Part shown: in pieces, positions 1 to 9,191 of the stretch
How positions within the stretch are numbered: position 1 is the stretch's first letter
How the letters are laid out: the number at the start of each line of letters is the position of its first letter
From: a virus
Taxonomy: Duplodnaviria; Heunggongvirae; Uroviricota; Caudoviricetes
DNA: 41,586 nt
IMG/VR virus record: IMGVR_UViG_2778261450_000006
Coordinates: 1 to 41,586 of that record
Reading direction: 5' to 3' (one strand)
Notes under the pieces: generated by a model
Databases searched by the model: none
What the model was told of the DNA's origin: nothing
The model's input: only the letters and a program-made list of their open reading frames with translations
Made by a program: the position numbers and the translations under genes

Positions 1-1719
1 ATGATTTTTAGGGATAGCTTGAGAGTATTACCTTATGGTCGAGTAGATAATGATTTCTTCCAGATAGAAGAAAGACGTTCATGGAATGCAGGGCGATATT
101 ATTGGTCTAATAGAAGGATTTTTGGTTATATTGGAATTACTCAATCCAGTAATAAAGAGCTGAAAGATAAGTCGGGGAGAGAGGGATTCATAAGAAACCA
201 GGCTGCAAGAGAACTGAAAACTATTATATCTAATTTGTTAACTGAACTTGCTGATAGATTTTTTGGTTCACGTTCTGATGACCGTAAAGAGCTTTTAGAA
301 CAAGTTAAGCGTGAAAAAGAGTTAAGAAAATCTGCTCAACAACAAGCTCGAAAATCAACACAAAAAAGTTTTTCAGAAGCTTTGAAGAATCAGACACCAG
401 TTCTTGATGCTTCCTTGGAGGCTGTTAAAAGGCTGAAAACTAAGCTTGATAAAACTGATGGTTCGTTAGATTTAAACTATCTTAAAATTATAGACAGTGA
501 TCTTACAAACTTAGATGCGTTGCGCAGTGAAATTAAAACGCCTATCAAACCTCCAAAACTTGGAATGTATGAAGAGAAATATAGAGACTACAGAGATAAA
601 TTTAATGAGTTCTCTGCGTATATTCTACAAATGAAGTTAGCAATTAATAAACTTGATTCTGAATTAAATAAACTTGAGCCTTCATTGTCAGCGAAAAATC
701 ACCTTGAAAAAAATCAAGGTATTATTAATTCTAAACTAACTAAGTTTAATAACACGATAGAGGAGAAGATACATTCTCTTTTAAAAAAATGGGCCGATGA
801 AATAAAGGTTGATCGAAGTGATTATTATGCTAAAACTATATCAGTTGTTGATTCAATAGATAATGATTCACAAATTGAAAATGTGTTTAATTTGCTCGAT
901 AGTTTATATGTTGAGTCAGTTGATACCCTAACTTTCAAATATCAATCAATAATAAAAGGTCTCGATAGATTATTTGAAGGTATAAACTTAGATTCAGCAT
1001 TCTCATTATCTGAAGAAGAACGCTCATATTTTGAAGAAAAAGCTAAAAGTTTAAACGCGCTTGCACAGTTAGGTATTAGTGTTGAGATAATATCTCATGA
1101 ACTTGAAGAAATGGATTCTATGGTAACCAGAGGACTAAACTCTCTTCCTACTTCTGTAAAAGAACACCCTGGTTTTTCATTGGCGTTAAATGCTCACAGA
1201 TCGCTTACTCAACAAATACGTTTCTTATCACCTTTGAAAATATCAGGTTATCAATCCAGGCAGAGAATAACTGGAAAAAATATCATGGATTATGTCCTGA
1301 AGTTCTTTGGGGAGCGTTTCGAACGGCAACGAATAACTATTGAATTTAGTGAAGAGTTTAAGCAAATCGCAATAACAGATATACCATCAAGGATCTATCC
1401 TGTTTTTACTAATATTATCAACAATGCAATGTATTGGGTCAGTCTGTCAAATAATAGGCTCATAAAGATTGGTTTTGTGAATTCTTTGGTTATCATAGCA
1501 AATTCTGGTCCGGCAATTGATACCGATGATATCCCGCGACTATTTGAACTATTTTATAGCAAAAGAGCAAATGGACATGGGGTAGGTCTGTATCTATGTC
1601 GAGAAAACCTTGCTGTTGCACATCATAAAATATGGTATTCAGAACCTGATGAAGGCGATAACTATTTAATAAAAGATGGCGCTAATTTTGTGATCCAGTT
1701 CAATGGAGTGGAGTTCTAA
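1..1719 (+). CDS. Histidine-kinase-like protein (HisKA-like H-box plus GHKL ATPase domain); N-terminal ~380 aa charged and coiled-coil-like; possibly 5'-truncated by window edge
   Basis: ORF begins at base 1. C-terminal third carries H-box-like ISHELEEM, N-box FTNIINNAMYW, G1-like ANSGPAIDTDD and G2 GHGVGLYLCRENL. Stop overlaps start region of the downstream gene. AT-rich. Confidence 0.6.
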   Translation: MIFRDSLRVLPYGRVDNDFFQIEERRSWNAGRYYWSNRRIFGYIGITQSSNKELKDKSGREGFIRNQAARELKTIISNLLTELADRFFGSRSDDRKELLEQVKREKELRKSAQQQARKSTQKSFSEALKNQTPVLDASLEAVKRLKTKLDKTDGSLDLNYLKIIDSDLTNLDALRSEIKTPIKPPKLGMYEEKYRDYRDKFNEFSAYILQMKLAINKLDSELNKLEPSLSAKNHLEKNQGIINSKLTKFNNTIEEKIHSLLKKWADEIKVDRSDYYAKTISVVDSIDNDSQIENVFNLLDSLYVESVDTLTFKYQSIIKGLDRLFEGINLDSAFSLSEEERSYFEEKAKSLNALAQLGISVEIISHELEEMDSMVTRGLNSLPTSVKEHPGFSLALNAHRSLTQQIRFLSPLKISGYQSRQRITGKNIMDYVLKFFGERFERQRITIEFSEEFKQIAITDIPSRIYPVFTNIINNAMYWVSLSNNRLIKIGFVNSLVIIANSGPAIDTDDIPRLFELFYSKRANGHGVGLYLCRENLAVAHHKIWYSEPDEGDNYLIKDGANFVIQFNGVEF

Positions 1720-1720
1720 T

Positions 1721-3469
1721 ATGACAGTGGCAAATTATAATTCTCTTGTCCAGAAAACTTTCTGCGAAAATGCAATTCGTTCCGTTGTCATGATTGATGA
1801 CGATTTTCTGACGTATTCTGAATCAATCAGGGCGTTGAATAACGAAGTTGATTTAGACTACAACAAAATTGACTCATCTAAACGAGCCGCTACTCTTGAG
1901 AGCTTTTTTCAATCTAAAAATATGATTTGTGATGTTGACAATGGTTCTGTTAATTTCGATGTGGATCGGATTAGAAAATCAGATCTTATTATTGTAGATT
2001 ATCATCTTGATAATAATGCACCTGATAAAACACTTAAACTATTACAAGATTTGAAAGACTCCGATCATTTAAATATGATTGTAATATATACTAGAGAGAA
2101 TTTAGAAACGGTTTGGATGCAGATATCATCGACTCTCAAAGGTGCTCTGGATATCAACAGCTTGATCATTGACTACGATAATGAAGATGTCCAAAGTTAT
2201 TGGGAAGACGTTGTATTACCGAACTTAAATGATAATGGTAATAAAGCTCTCACAAGAGATGAAACAATAGCCTATATTAAAGACAGTAAGCCTTGTAGAA
2301 GAATTAAAAGATTAATACATGATGATGCTGTGTTGGAGGATCAAAAGGATAAAAACTTCATTGCAAAAATGATTGCAGAATATGCTGTGTCTAGAAATGC
2401 AATTATTTCTAGCAACACATCTGGCAATGTCATTCGGGGTGATGAAAGCGGAGTAAAATGGATTCAATGTGGTAATATCTTTGTCTCCCTATTTCATAAG
2501 GTTCAAGATGATCATGAAAACGATGGAGATAGGATTTGGCAAACTCTCAATGATTCTCTCATTGAATGGAAACCATCTTATTATCAGTTAATAAAATCTG
2601 AAATTCAGAATGCAATCGAAGCTGAGGCTTTATCTTTTGTAAATCATTTGGCTAACGATCATTACGGTCAAGCTGCGTGGTTAAATGAGATATTAAAATC
2701 AGACTCGCCTGATATTAGATGTAGAAATATTGACTTTGTATTTGGTAATTTATCAGAAGAGCTTTATCAAAGACTTAAAAATAATAATACGCTGGATGAA
2801 TTTATCAAAAGTGTTTTTGATAGCTATTCAAATGAATACGCTAACAGCGGAGTTGCTGCATTGCTCCAATATTGCTCTTCAAAAATGGATCTGCCATCAA
2901 ATAATGATACTTATCACGAAATGTATCATGCTTTAAATATGAATTTGTCTTCAAAGAATTTTGAAGATGGTCATATTTCTACTGGCACTATTTTCTTTGA
3001 TACAGAGTCGAACAAATGGTATTTATGTGTATCTGCGGCATGTGATTTGGTTCCTACTCAGGGTAACGACCCTCACCATGTAAGATTAAGTCCGCACAGG
3101 CTCATTAAAGTTCTGGAGCTTTTTAACGCCAGTCAGAGTAAAGCATTGCCATTTGCTGAACATTCGAAATATATATATGTAATGCATAAAAATCAAAGAA
3201 AATATCTCTCTATTTTCGAAGGGGATAAAACGCTTCCTGTTGTTGATTATATGGTGGTGTTGAATCATGGAACAACAGTTGATGGCGAAGAAAAAAATAT
3301 TATTTCTGCCGTGTTTTTAAGTAATATGGATGGCAACGTGCAAAATGTTCCTGTCCGACTCAAACTTAAATCTCAACTGAGAACTGGTTATGCAGAAAGA
3401 TATCAGGCTATAGCGTCTCAGTATAGCTCAAGGATTGGTGTGGATTATGTATCAATGATGCTACCATAA
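1721..3469 (+). CDS. Receiver (REC) domain protein with ~450-aa C-terminal domain of unknown function (candidate effector)
   Basis: ATG at 1721 preceded by GGAGTGGAG (track ORF starts 1703). N-terminus has REC-like pattern VVMIDDD ... DLIIVDYHLDN ... NMIVIYT. No HTH or other recognisable output domain. Coupled to upstream kinase-like gene. Confidence 0.6.
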   Translation: MTVANYNSLVQKTFCENAIRSVVMIDDDFLTYSESIRALNNEVDLDYNKIDSSKRAATLESFFQSKNMICDVDNGSVNFDVDRIRKSDLIIVDYHLDNNAPDKTLKLLQDLKDSDHLNMIVIYTRENLETVWMQISSTLKGALDINSLIIDYDNEDVQSYWEDVVLPNLNDNGNKALTRDETIAYIKDSKPCRRIKRLIHDDAVLEDQKDKNFIAKMIAEYAVSRNAIISSNTSGNVIRGDESGVKWIQCGNIFVSLFHKVQDDHENDGDRIWQTLNDSLIEWKPSYYQLIKSEIQNAIEAEALSFVNHLANDHYGQAAWLNEILKSDSPDIRCRNIDFVFGNLSEELYQRLKNNNTLDEFIKSVFDSYSNEYANSGVAALLQYCSSKMDLPSNNDTYHEMYHALNMNLSSKNFEDGHISTGTIFFDTESNKWYLCVSAACDLVPTQGNDPHHVRLSPHRLIKVLELFNASQSKALPFAEHSKYIYVMHKNQRKYLSIFEGDKTLPVVDYMVVLNHGTTVDGEEKNIISAVFLSNMDGNVQNVPVRLKLKSQLRTGYAERYQAIASQYSSRIGVDYVSMMLP

Positions 3470-3540
3470 TTATTATATTTTAGGCGTGGTGATTTTTTTT
3501 CGCCATGCCTATTTTATATTTATCATCACAATGATGTTGT

Positions 3541-3957
3541 TTATTTTTGTTTAAGTCTTCTAAGCTTCATGCATTCTAATGAGAATAATAATAGAGTTGT
3601 GCTGTATATAAAGCCAGAGTTAGTTAATAACTTTAAATTTAATGCTTCAGGATTTTCACTGAGAAAGTGAAAGGCATAAACTAAGTATACAGCTAAAGTA
3701 GCCGTTCCAATTGTTGGTCCAATATCGCCTTGATCATGAGGTTCAAGGTTTACATTGAACTTGAAGATTAGCCATTCAAATCCCCAAGTAAAAAAAACAA
3801 CTAATATCATGGCTGCGAATAATTTCGCGATGTTATCTGCTGATGGATTCATCAGAACAGATTGTTTCTGAAAAAATTCACAAAGTGAGAGTCCGAAAAA
3901 AATAAAAAAAAGTGGTCTGGAACTAAATTTTTCAAAAACTTTGAATAGGGTTTCCAT
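3541..3957 (-). CDS. Small multi-pass membrane protein (hypothetical)
   Basis: 138-aa ORF with several hydrophobic stretches (LFFIFFGLSL, AAMILVVFFTWGFEWLIF, TATLAVYLVYAF, FIYSTTLLLFSL). Lies directly downstream of the P4-type integrase on the same strand. Confidence 0.45.
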   Translation of the reverse strand: METLFKVFEKFSSRPLFFIFFGLSLCEFFQKQSVLMNPSADNIAKLFAAMILVVFFTWGFEWLIFKFNVNLEPHDQGDIGPTIGTATLAVYLVYAFHFLSENPEALNLKLLTNSGFIYSTTLLLFSLECMKLRRLKQK

Positions 3958-3995
3958 TTTCTTTACCTTCAGGATTATATTAGCTATTCTGATAC

Positions 3996-5225
3996 TTAGG
4001 CTACCAGAGCATTTGATCTTTGAGCTTGAACGTAATCACTCCACCATTGCATCAAACTCTGTCGCTCTATCAGATATTCTGCACGATTGTATGCTGCGAT
4101 AATTTCATCTTTTTTCGAGTGGGCAAGCGCTGCCTCAAGAACTTCAGCTCTGAATTTACCAGACTCCTCTGCCGCTGTTCGTGCAATAGAACGCATACCG
4201 TGAGCTACAAGCTCGCCTCCGAACCCCATTCGGATGATAGCTGCGTTGGCTGTTTGTTCATGCATATGATTAAGAGGCGCTTTTATGCTGGGGAAAACCC
4301 ATTCTCTATGCCCACTTATTGATTTCATTAATTCAAGGATGCGCAAAGCTTCTTTACTCAAAGGAACTTTGTGAAGCTTTTTCATTTTCATGAAATCAGC
4401 AGGAATGTTCCAAATGCTGTTGGTTGTATCAATATCAGACCACCTTGCGCGAACGGCTTCACCCGGACGAACCCATGTCAACAATTGCCATTCAATTAGC
4501 ATACGTGTTTCCAACCGGATTGACGCATTCGTCAAAGATTCCATAAACCTTGGCAATTCGCTTGGGGGAAGGGCAGGCATATTTTGCTTTTTTGGTTTAC
4601 TGAATCTTTGACCAAGGTTGTCAGCCGGGTTGAACTCAATAAGTTCTTCAGTAGCTGCCCACCGGAAGATTTCATTCAGACGTGAAATGATACGGCGTAG
4701 AGTTTCCAATACGCCTCGTTGCTCAATAGGATCAAGGTGTTGTTTTAAGAGCTTAGGTCGGATCTCATTGATAGGGACATTACCCAGACCGGGAAAGACA
4801 TTTCTCTCTAAGCTGCGCCAGATGTCTGCTGCATGGTCTTGTGAGATACCTGATGTCTTTACCTTCTCATCTAACCATTTCCGCGCTACGGCTTGGAGAG
4901 TGTGCTCAGTAGCACTCTTTAATGCCTTCGCCTTATCGTTGTTATGGATTTGGGGATCAACACCATTTGCCAGAAAGGAGAGATATTCATCACGTAAGGC
5001 TCTGGCTCTTGCAAGGGTAAGGTGAGGATATGTCCCAAGGCTCATTTTGGTTCTTTTCTTGCTCACTGGTACTGCATACCTGAAATACCAATTTTTCTTG
5101 CCTCCTTTCGCCAAAGGAGCGATTCGTAGAATCAGACCATCACCGTCAAACAAGTTGATTTCTTTATCGGCTGGCTTGGTGCTTTTGATTTCAGTGTCAG
5201 TGAGCTTCTTAGCGATTTTTGCCAT
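3996..5225 (-). CDS. intA: P4-type tyrosine integrase (IntA/CP4-57-like)
   Basis: N-terminus MAKIAKKLTDTEIKSTKPADKEINLFDGDGL and C-terminal HGMRS...AHS...AYNRAEYL..QWW motifs typical of P4-family integrases. Start chosen at the internal ATG (5223-5225) with GAGGG RBS; track ORF extends to 5267. Adjacent to the 45-bp ssrA 3' fragment. Confidence 0.85.
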   Translation of the reverse strand: MAKIAKKLTDTEIKSTKPADKEINLFDGDGLILRIAPLAKGGKKNWYFRYAVPVSKKRTKMSLGTYPHLTLARARALRDEYLSFLANGVDPQIHNNDKAKALKSATEHTLQAVARKWLDEKVKTSGISQDHAADIWRSLERNVFPGLGNVPINEIRPKLLKQHLDPIEQRGVLETLRRIISRLNEIFRWAATEELIEFNPADNLGQRFSKPKKQNMPALPPSELPRFMESLTNASIRLETRMLIEWQLLTWVRPGEAVRARWSDIDTTNSIWNIPADFMKMKKLHKVPLSKEALRILELMKSISGHREWVFPSIKAPLNHMHEQTANAAIIRMGFGGELVAHGMRSIARTAAEESGKFRAEVLEAALAHSKKDEIIAAYNRAEYLIERQSLMQWWSDYVQAQRSNALVA

Positions 5226-5390
5226 TTTGGGACCCTCGGTTTTTGGACCCTTCTTAATGGGTCCCATTCAGGGTGCCATAACTCGTAGTTCTCAGCAATT
5301 CTCACTGGACGACAATAGACGTAAAAAAGCCCGCAGAGCTTGTGCTGTGTGGGCTTAGTAGACTTCATTGAACTTCAAACAACTAAAAAG

Positions 5391-5435
5391 TGGTGGAGCT
5401 GGCGGGAGTTGAACCCGCGTCCGAAATTCCTACAT
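5391..5435. repeat. 45-bp direct repeat identical to the 3' end of ssrA (att core; prophage attR and original island att)
   Basis: tggtggagctggcgggagttgaacccgcgtccgaaattcctacat is identical to 40527-40571; flanks diverge on both sides. Confidence 0.9.
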
Positions 5436-5528
5436 ACCATTTTCACTATAACAAAAACATTAACTTGCGTTTAAAATCATCAAGTTAGTATTATCTTATG
5501 TTTGTCCGTTTTACTCATTTTTAATGCT

Positions 5529-5548
5529 CTGTCGCCAATCTGTCGCCA
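5529..5548 (+). repeat. Two direct copies of CTGTCGCCA 11 bp apart (candidate integrase arm-type sites)
   Basis: ctgtcgcca at 5529-5537 and 5540-5548; the same 9-10-mer recurs as an inverted pair at 40430-40468 near the other prophage end. Confidence 0.4.
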
Positions 5549-5550
5549 CA

Positions 5551-6201
5551 TTATCCGCTGCTTGAGTTGAAATCTGTGGGTTTACGGAGATTAGATCTTA
5601 TGGTTTTTTCAGCGATACGAATAGTCGAAAATTTATGCAGGTTCATCAGTGCTATACAAATCCCAAGTGCAAAAAAGTAGCTGGACATTCCTAATCTTTG
5701 CATATCAGTAAGTTTATTAATTTTCTCTAAAATATGTTGGGTTACTAATCCTTCGTATACAAAAGGTATGGAAGTTATAAAACCGCCAATAAAATAGAAT
5801 GTTAAGCTTATCAGCTTTATAGATTTTCTATATATCCAAAAGCGATATCTTTTTTTTGTCCATTTAAATATTTGTTTTTCACTACTAATAGAAATTAGTT
5901 TTTGACACTTGCTATAGTTATCAATGTCATTAACTGGATCGTTAACACCTAAAAGAATCTCTCTCTGTTCTGGAGTTAGGTTCTTATCTTTTGTTATTGC
6001 AGCAATACCATAATTATATGCAACTTTCTTGATTTTGGGATCTTCAGTATTCTTATATAGATTGTATGCAAACTCGCTAATGTTTTTGCGCGAGTTGAAA
6101 ATCTTATCTTTGGGGAAAACCCAGCCGGATCTTACCGCGAGCATCTGTATGATCGGGGTAATTATCGCGACAGAATACTTAATTATCTCGTTTATGTTCA
6201 T
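5551..6201 (-). CDS. AT-rich cargo protein with C-terminal transmembrane segments (hypothetical; moron between attR and int)
   Basis: 216-aa ORF, lysine-rich and AT-rich, hydrophobic segments LISLTFYFIGGFITSIPFVY and MSSYFFALGICIALM. Not part of the canonical P2/186 gene set at this position. Confidence 0.5.
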   Translation of the reverse strand: MNINEIIKYSVAIITPIIQMLAVRSGWVFPKDKIFNSRKNISEFAYNLYKNTEDPKIKKVAYNYGIAAITKDKNLTPEQREILLGVNDPVNDIDNYSKCQKLISISSEKQIFKWTKKRYRFWIYRKSIKLISLTFYFIGGFITSIPFVYEGLVTQHILEKINKLTDMQRLGMSSYFFALGICIALMNLHKFSTIRIAEKTIRSNLRKPTDFNSSSG

Positions 6202-6215
6202 GATCCATTGTTTAC

Positions 6216-7232
6216 TTAAATTAAGTTATAAAGAGGGTTTTTTGTTACTGCATCCTCCAGGTGGTCTGGAGAGAAGTGTGCATAAATCATCGTCATTTTA
6301 ATATCTGAGTGCCCTAAAATATCACGTAAAACGAGTATGTTCCCACCGTTCATCATAAAATGGCTGGCAAATGTATGGCGCAGGACGTGGGTGCATTGGC
6401 CTTCCGGTAGTTCAATACCGGCCCGTTTTACCGCCCGTTCAAAGGCTTTTCTGCATGGTGTGAATAATTTCCCTCGGTTTTTGGGTAGCTCGTTGTACAG
6501 ATCCTGAGATATCGGTACGGTACGGTTTTTTTTACCCTTGGTCTTTGTATAGGTAATCCGGTATTTCGATAGTTGATGGCCCTGCAGGTTTTCAGCTTCA
6601 CTCCAACGAGCACCGGTTGCTAGGCATATTTTTGCAATCATTAGCAGACTGGGGCTTTGAGAATCAGCACAGGCATCCAGCAGACGTTTAATTTCCTCCG
6701 GGGTTAGGAACGCCAGTTCACCCTCCGTAATTTTAAATGTTGGAAGCCCGGCAAGCGGGTTGGGGGCTGACCAGTGGCCCAGCTTTTTCAGTGTACCAAA
6801 AACAGATGATAGGTTGCGCTGTTCAAGGTTTACCGTGCGGGGCTTAACGGGTGACATGAACGAGCCGTCTTCATTTTGGACCTCCCCCTTTAATCTGGCT
6901 TCCCGATATTTTGTGAAATCACCTGCTGTCAGCTCAGAGGCGATGGGATCGCCTAGACCATTACAGATAATTCTAAGTTTCGCCATCAGGCGTTTGGGGT
7001 CTGCGAGTGTTTGACCATATAGGGAATACCACTGCTCAATCACTTCTGATAATCGCCGCCGATCTTCCTTCTCACCAAGCCATGGCTTTTTGTTTACTTC
7101 GTTCATGGTGAAGTTTTCGAATGCTATGGCTTCGCCTTTCGTGGCAAATTGCTTACGCACGCGCTTGCCATTGCGTCCATTGGGATAGCACTCACACAAC
7201 CATTTTCCGTTCGGCTGTTTTCTGATGGTCAT
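6216..7232 (-). CDS. int: P2/186-family tyrosine integrase
   Basis: 338 aa; GRNGKRVRKQF...AFE N-terminus and C-terminal LATGARWSEA ... HVLRHTFASHFMMNGG ... LGHSDIKMTMIYAHF catalytic region, as in P2 Int. Confidence 0.9.
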   Translation of the reverse strand: MTIRKQPNGKWLCECYPNGRNGKRVRKQFATKGEAIAFENFTMNEVNKKPWLGEKEDRRRLSEVIEQWYSLYGQTLADPKRLMAKLRIICNGLGDPIASELTAGDFTKYREARLKGEVQNEDGSFMSPVKPRTVNLEQRNLSSVFGTLKKLGHWSAPNPLAGLPTFKITEGELAFLTPEEIKRLLDACADSQSPSLLMIAKICLATGARWSEAENLQGHQLSKYRITYTKTKGKKNRTVPISQDLYNELPKNRGKLFTPCRKAFERAVKRAGIELPEGQCTHVLRHTFASHFMMNGGNILVLRDILGHSDIKMTMIYAHFSPDHLEDAVTKNPLYNLI

Positions 7233-7233
7233 A

Positions 7234-7866
7234 TCAAAGGCTCTTAATGATTTTCAGTGCACGGCCTACTACCTCAATGTCATCCAGGCCACACTCAAAC
7301 GATGAATCATCCTGATGCACTACTAATCTGTTTCCCGGGAGTCGAGTCAATTTAACAATGCTTTTTATCCCGTCGATATCGACTAACCACATACCATTCA
7401 CTGGTGGTGTTTGGTTGCGATCTATTAAATAAGAATCACCAGAAGTAGTCACCAGCAGTAGGTTGCTTGAGTCTGAGGGGAGTATGCTGCTATCAATGAT
7501 TGCTTTTCCAGCATCGACCAATAAACCACCGTTGAGAGTCGCCTTGTCAATTTCAGGAGATACTAGTTCAGAAAGAGGTACAACCTTGCTGGAGTTCACG
7601 GAATTGATATTTTTTTTAGGTTCAATGTTTGGACCTGGCTCCCCCTGTCCGGTGGTTAGCCACAGTAAAGAAACTCCTGTTTCCAAGGCGCACTGAATCA
7701 CCCACTCTGCAGGAAAACTATCTCTTAAGTATCTGTTTGCCATGGTGCTTTTTGATGCGCCTAAGTGATCGCAAAGTTGCTGTCTGGACTTGAAATCATA
7801 GGCTGCCATTAGTCTATGGATAGCTTCTCTTCCCCCTGTATTCTCTCCAGCCTTTACCTGTATCAT
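7234..7866 (-). CDS. cI: CI-type immunity repressor (186 CI-like)
   Basis: 210 aa directly upstream of int on the same strand, divergent from apl/cII; N-terminal motif QCALETGVSLLWLTTGQG resembles 186 CI. Confidence 0.8.
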   Translation of the reverse strand: MIQVKAGENTGGREAIHRLMAAYDFKSRQQLCDHLGASKSTMANRYLRDSFPAEWVIQCALETGVSLLWLTTGQGEPGPNIEPKKNINSVNSSKVVPLSELVSPEIDKATLNGGLLVDAGKAIIDSSILPSDSSNLLLVTTSGDSYLIDRNQTPPVNGMWLVDIDGIKSIVKLTRLPGNRLVVHQDDSSFECGLDDIEVVGRALKIIKSL

Positions 7867-7877
7867 TTTTTAATCCT

Positions 7878-7930
7878 GTTGACGTATCAAATATTGGATC
7901 GTAGTATCTCGATGTATCAAATATTGAATC
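7878..7930. promoter_or_regulatory. Immunity switch region: candidate rightward promoter (TTGACG 7878-7883, TAGTAT 7902-7907) with two 17-bp direct-repeat operator-like elements
   Basis: gtatcaaatattggatc (7884-7900) and gtatcaaatattgaatc (7914-7930) lie between divergent cI and apl. Confidence 0.4.
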
Positions 7931-7985
7931 AATTAAAACGAGATAAAACGACGTAAACCAAACCTTAATCGGGAGATACTGCACT

Positions 7986-8228
7986 ATGAGCACTGATATT
8001 TCAATTCGTGTACCAAAAGAGATGGCTACGCCTGCAGAGTTCGCGGAATGGGAAGGTATCTCCCGCGGCTCCGTGTATCAAAAAATTCACCATGGTCAGC
8101 TTGCTAAATACATGGTCAAGAAAGAAAAAAATAAAGGCCGCGTAAACCTTCGTTATCTGATGTACAAAACTGATCAGGTCCGTGAATCCCTCGGTCATTC
8201 CAACTTCCGCGTCATTGTTGGTAAGTAA
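7986..8228 (+). CDS. apl: Apl/Cox-like excisionase and transcriptional regulator
   Basis: 80-aa ORF first in the rightward early operon, divergent from cI, followed by cII-like gene; position and size match 186 apl. Confidence 0.7.
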   Translation: MSTDISIRVPKEMATPAEFAEWEGISRGSVYQKIHHGQLAKYMVKKEKNKGRVNLRYLMYKTDQVRESLGHSNFRVIVGK

Positions 8229-8260
8229 GTTCAATTATGGGAACTTTCTAAGGGGGCACC

Positions 8261-8770
8261 ATGTTTGATTACAAGATTTCCAAACATCCGCATTTCGATG
8301 AAGCCTGTAGGGCTTTTGCACTGCGTCACAACCTGGTGCAACTGGCAGAACGTGCAGGCATGAATGTACAGATTCTGCGGAACAAGCTGAACCCAGCTCA
8401 GCCTCATTTATTAACCGCACCAGAAATCTGGCTGCTTACCGATCTGACTGAAGATTCAACGCTGGTAGATGGTTTTCTGGCACAGATTCATTGTCTGCCA
8501 TGTGTACCGATTAATGAGGTGGCAAAAGAGAAACTGCCACATTACGTCATGAGTGCAACCGCAGAGATCGGGCGTGTTGCTGCAGGTGCGGTATCTGGCG
8601 ATGTAAAAACCTGTGCCGGTCGTCGTGATGCTATCAGCAGCATTAACTCTGTAACACGACTGATGGCGCTGGCGGCTGTTTCATTGCAGGCCCGTTTACA
8701 GGCTAATCCTGCGATGGCGAGTGCAGTTGATACCGTGACTGGCCTCGGTGCTTCATTCGGTTTGCTGTGA
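8261..8770 (+). CDS. cII: CII-like lysogeny-establishment activator (186 CII family)
   Basis: [24 protein letters not shown]...[33 protein letters not shown] closely resembles 186 CII as recalled. Confidence 0.8.
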   Translation: MFDYKISKHPHFDEACRAFALRHNLVQLAERAGMNVQILRNKLNPAQPHLLTAPEIWLLTDLTEDSTLVDGFLAQIHCLPCVPINEVAKEKLPHYVMSATAEIGRVAAGAVSGDVKTCAGRRDAISSINSVTRLMALAAVSLQARLQANPAMASAVDTVTGLGASFGLL

Positions 8771-8777
8771 GGTGCTT

Positions 8778-9074
8778 ATGCTGACGAAAGAACCATCATT
8801 TGCATCGCTGCTGGTAAAACAAAGCCCGGCAATGCACTACGGTCACGGCTGGATCATGGGTGAGGATGGTAAACGCTGGCACCCGTGCCGTTCACAAGAT
8901 GAATTGCTGTCTGAATTGACCACGGGGAAACGGAGAAAGTCAAAATGTATGCAGCGGAAAGTGAAGTGGTTTATCAGTTTCGTTACAGAGGGGAGAGTTA
9001 TTCAGTACCTGAAGATGATTTGCTCTGTTGTTATCCGTCGTTGTCGGGCGATGGCAGTTACTTTTTCACGCTAA
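8778..9074 (+). CDS. Hypothetical early protein (extent uncertain; 3' part overlaps next ORF)
   Basis: ATG at 8778 just after cII stop; reading frame stays open to 9074 but overlaps the better-supported ORF starting at 8945. Confidence 0.3.
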   Translation: MLTKEPSFASLLVKQSPAMHYGHGWIMGEDGKRWHPCRSQDELLSELTTGKRRKSKCMQRKVKWFISFVTEGRVIQYLKMICSVVIRRCRAMAVTFSR

Positions 9075-9169
9075 AGGATGGGACGTTTTTACGAGGAGAG
9101 CAGGTTAAAGAAACGATACGAAAAAATGTATCTCCTCTCGAACGTTACCGTAAGAACAAAGAACAATAG
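8945..9169 (+). CDS. Hypothetical early protein
   Basis: 74-aa ORF with GGAGAAAG RBS upstream of ATG. Confidence 0.45.
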   Translation: MYAAESEVVYQFRYRGESYSVPEDDLLCCYPSLSGDGSYFFTLKDGTFLRGEQVKETIRKNVSPLERYRKNKEQ

Positions 9170-9191
9170 TTGCGTTTTGGGGATATGAATT

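Larger units (their letters stand above)
1..5390. mobile_element. Right-hand end of a P4-integrase-type integrative island (partial, continues beyond window start)
   Basis: P4-type integrase abuts the displaced ssrA 3' repeat; cargo genes are AT-rich; arrangement ssrA-fragment then intA mirrors ssrA-intA islands such as CP4-57. Confidence 0.6.

Noticed and set aside
1-3. ATG at base 1 as the true start of the kinase-like gene
   Set aside because: No upstream sequence is available to assess RBS or an upstream in-frame extension; the gene may be 5'-truncated by the window.
2730-3268. Small ORFs (2730-2936 plus strand, 3086-3268 minus strand) inside the receiver-domain gene
   Set aside because: Embedded in a longer coherent ORF; AT-rich random frames.
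1-3469. Calling the kinase-like/receiver pair a canonical Detocs system
   Set aside because: No separate Hpt gene is visible between the two genes and the receiver-fused C-terminal domain does not resemble a PNP-type effector from what I can read; kept as a Detocs-like candidate only.
5391-5435. A tRNA gene at the island/prophage junction
   Set aside because: Only the 3'-terminal 45 nt of tmRNA (acceptor/T-arm-like) is present; it is an att duplication, not a complete RNA gene.
8001-8420. Minus-strand ORFs overlapping apl and the start of cII
   Set aside because: Antisense to genes whose positions match the 186-type early operon.
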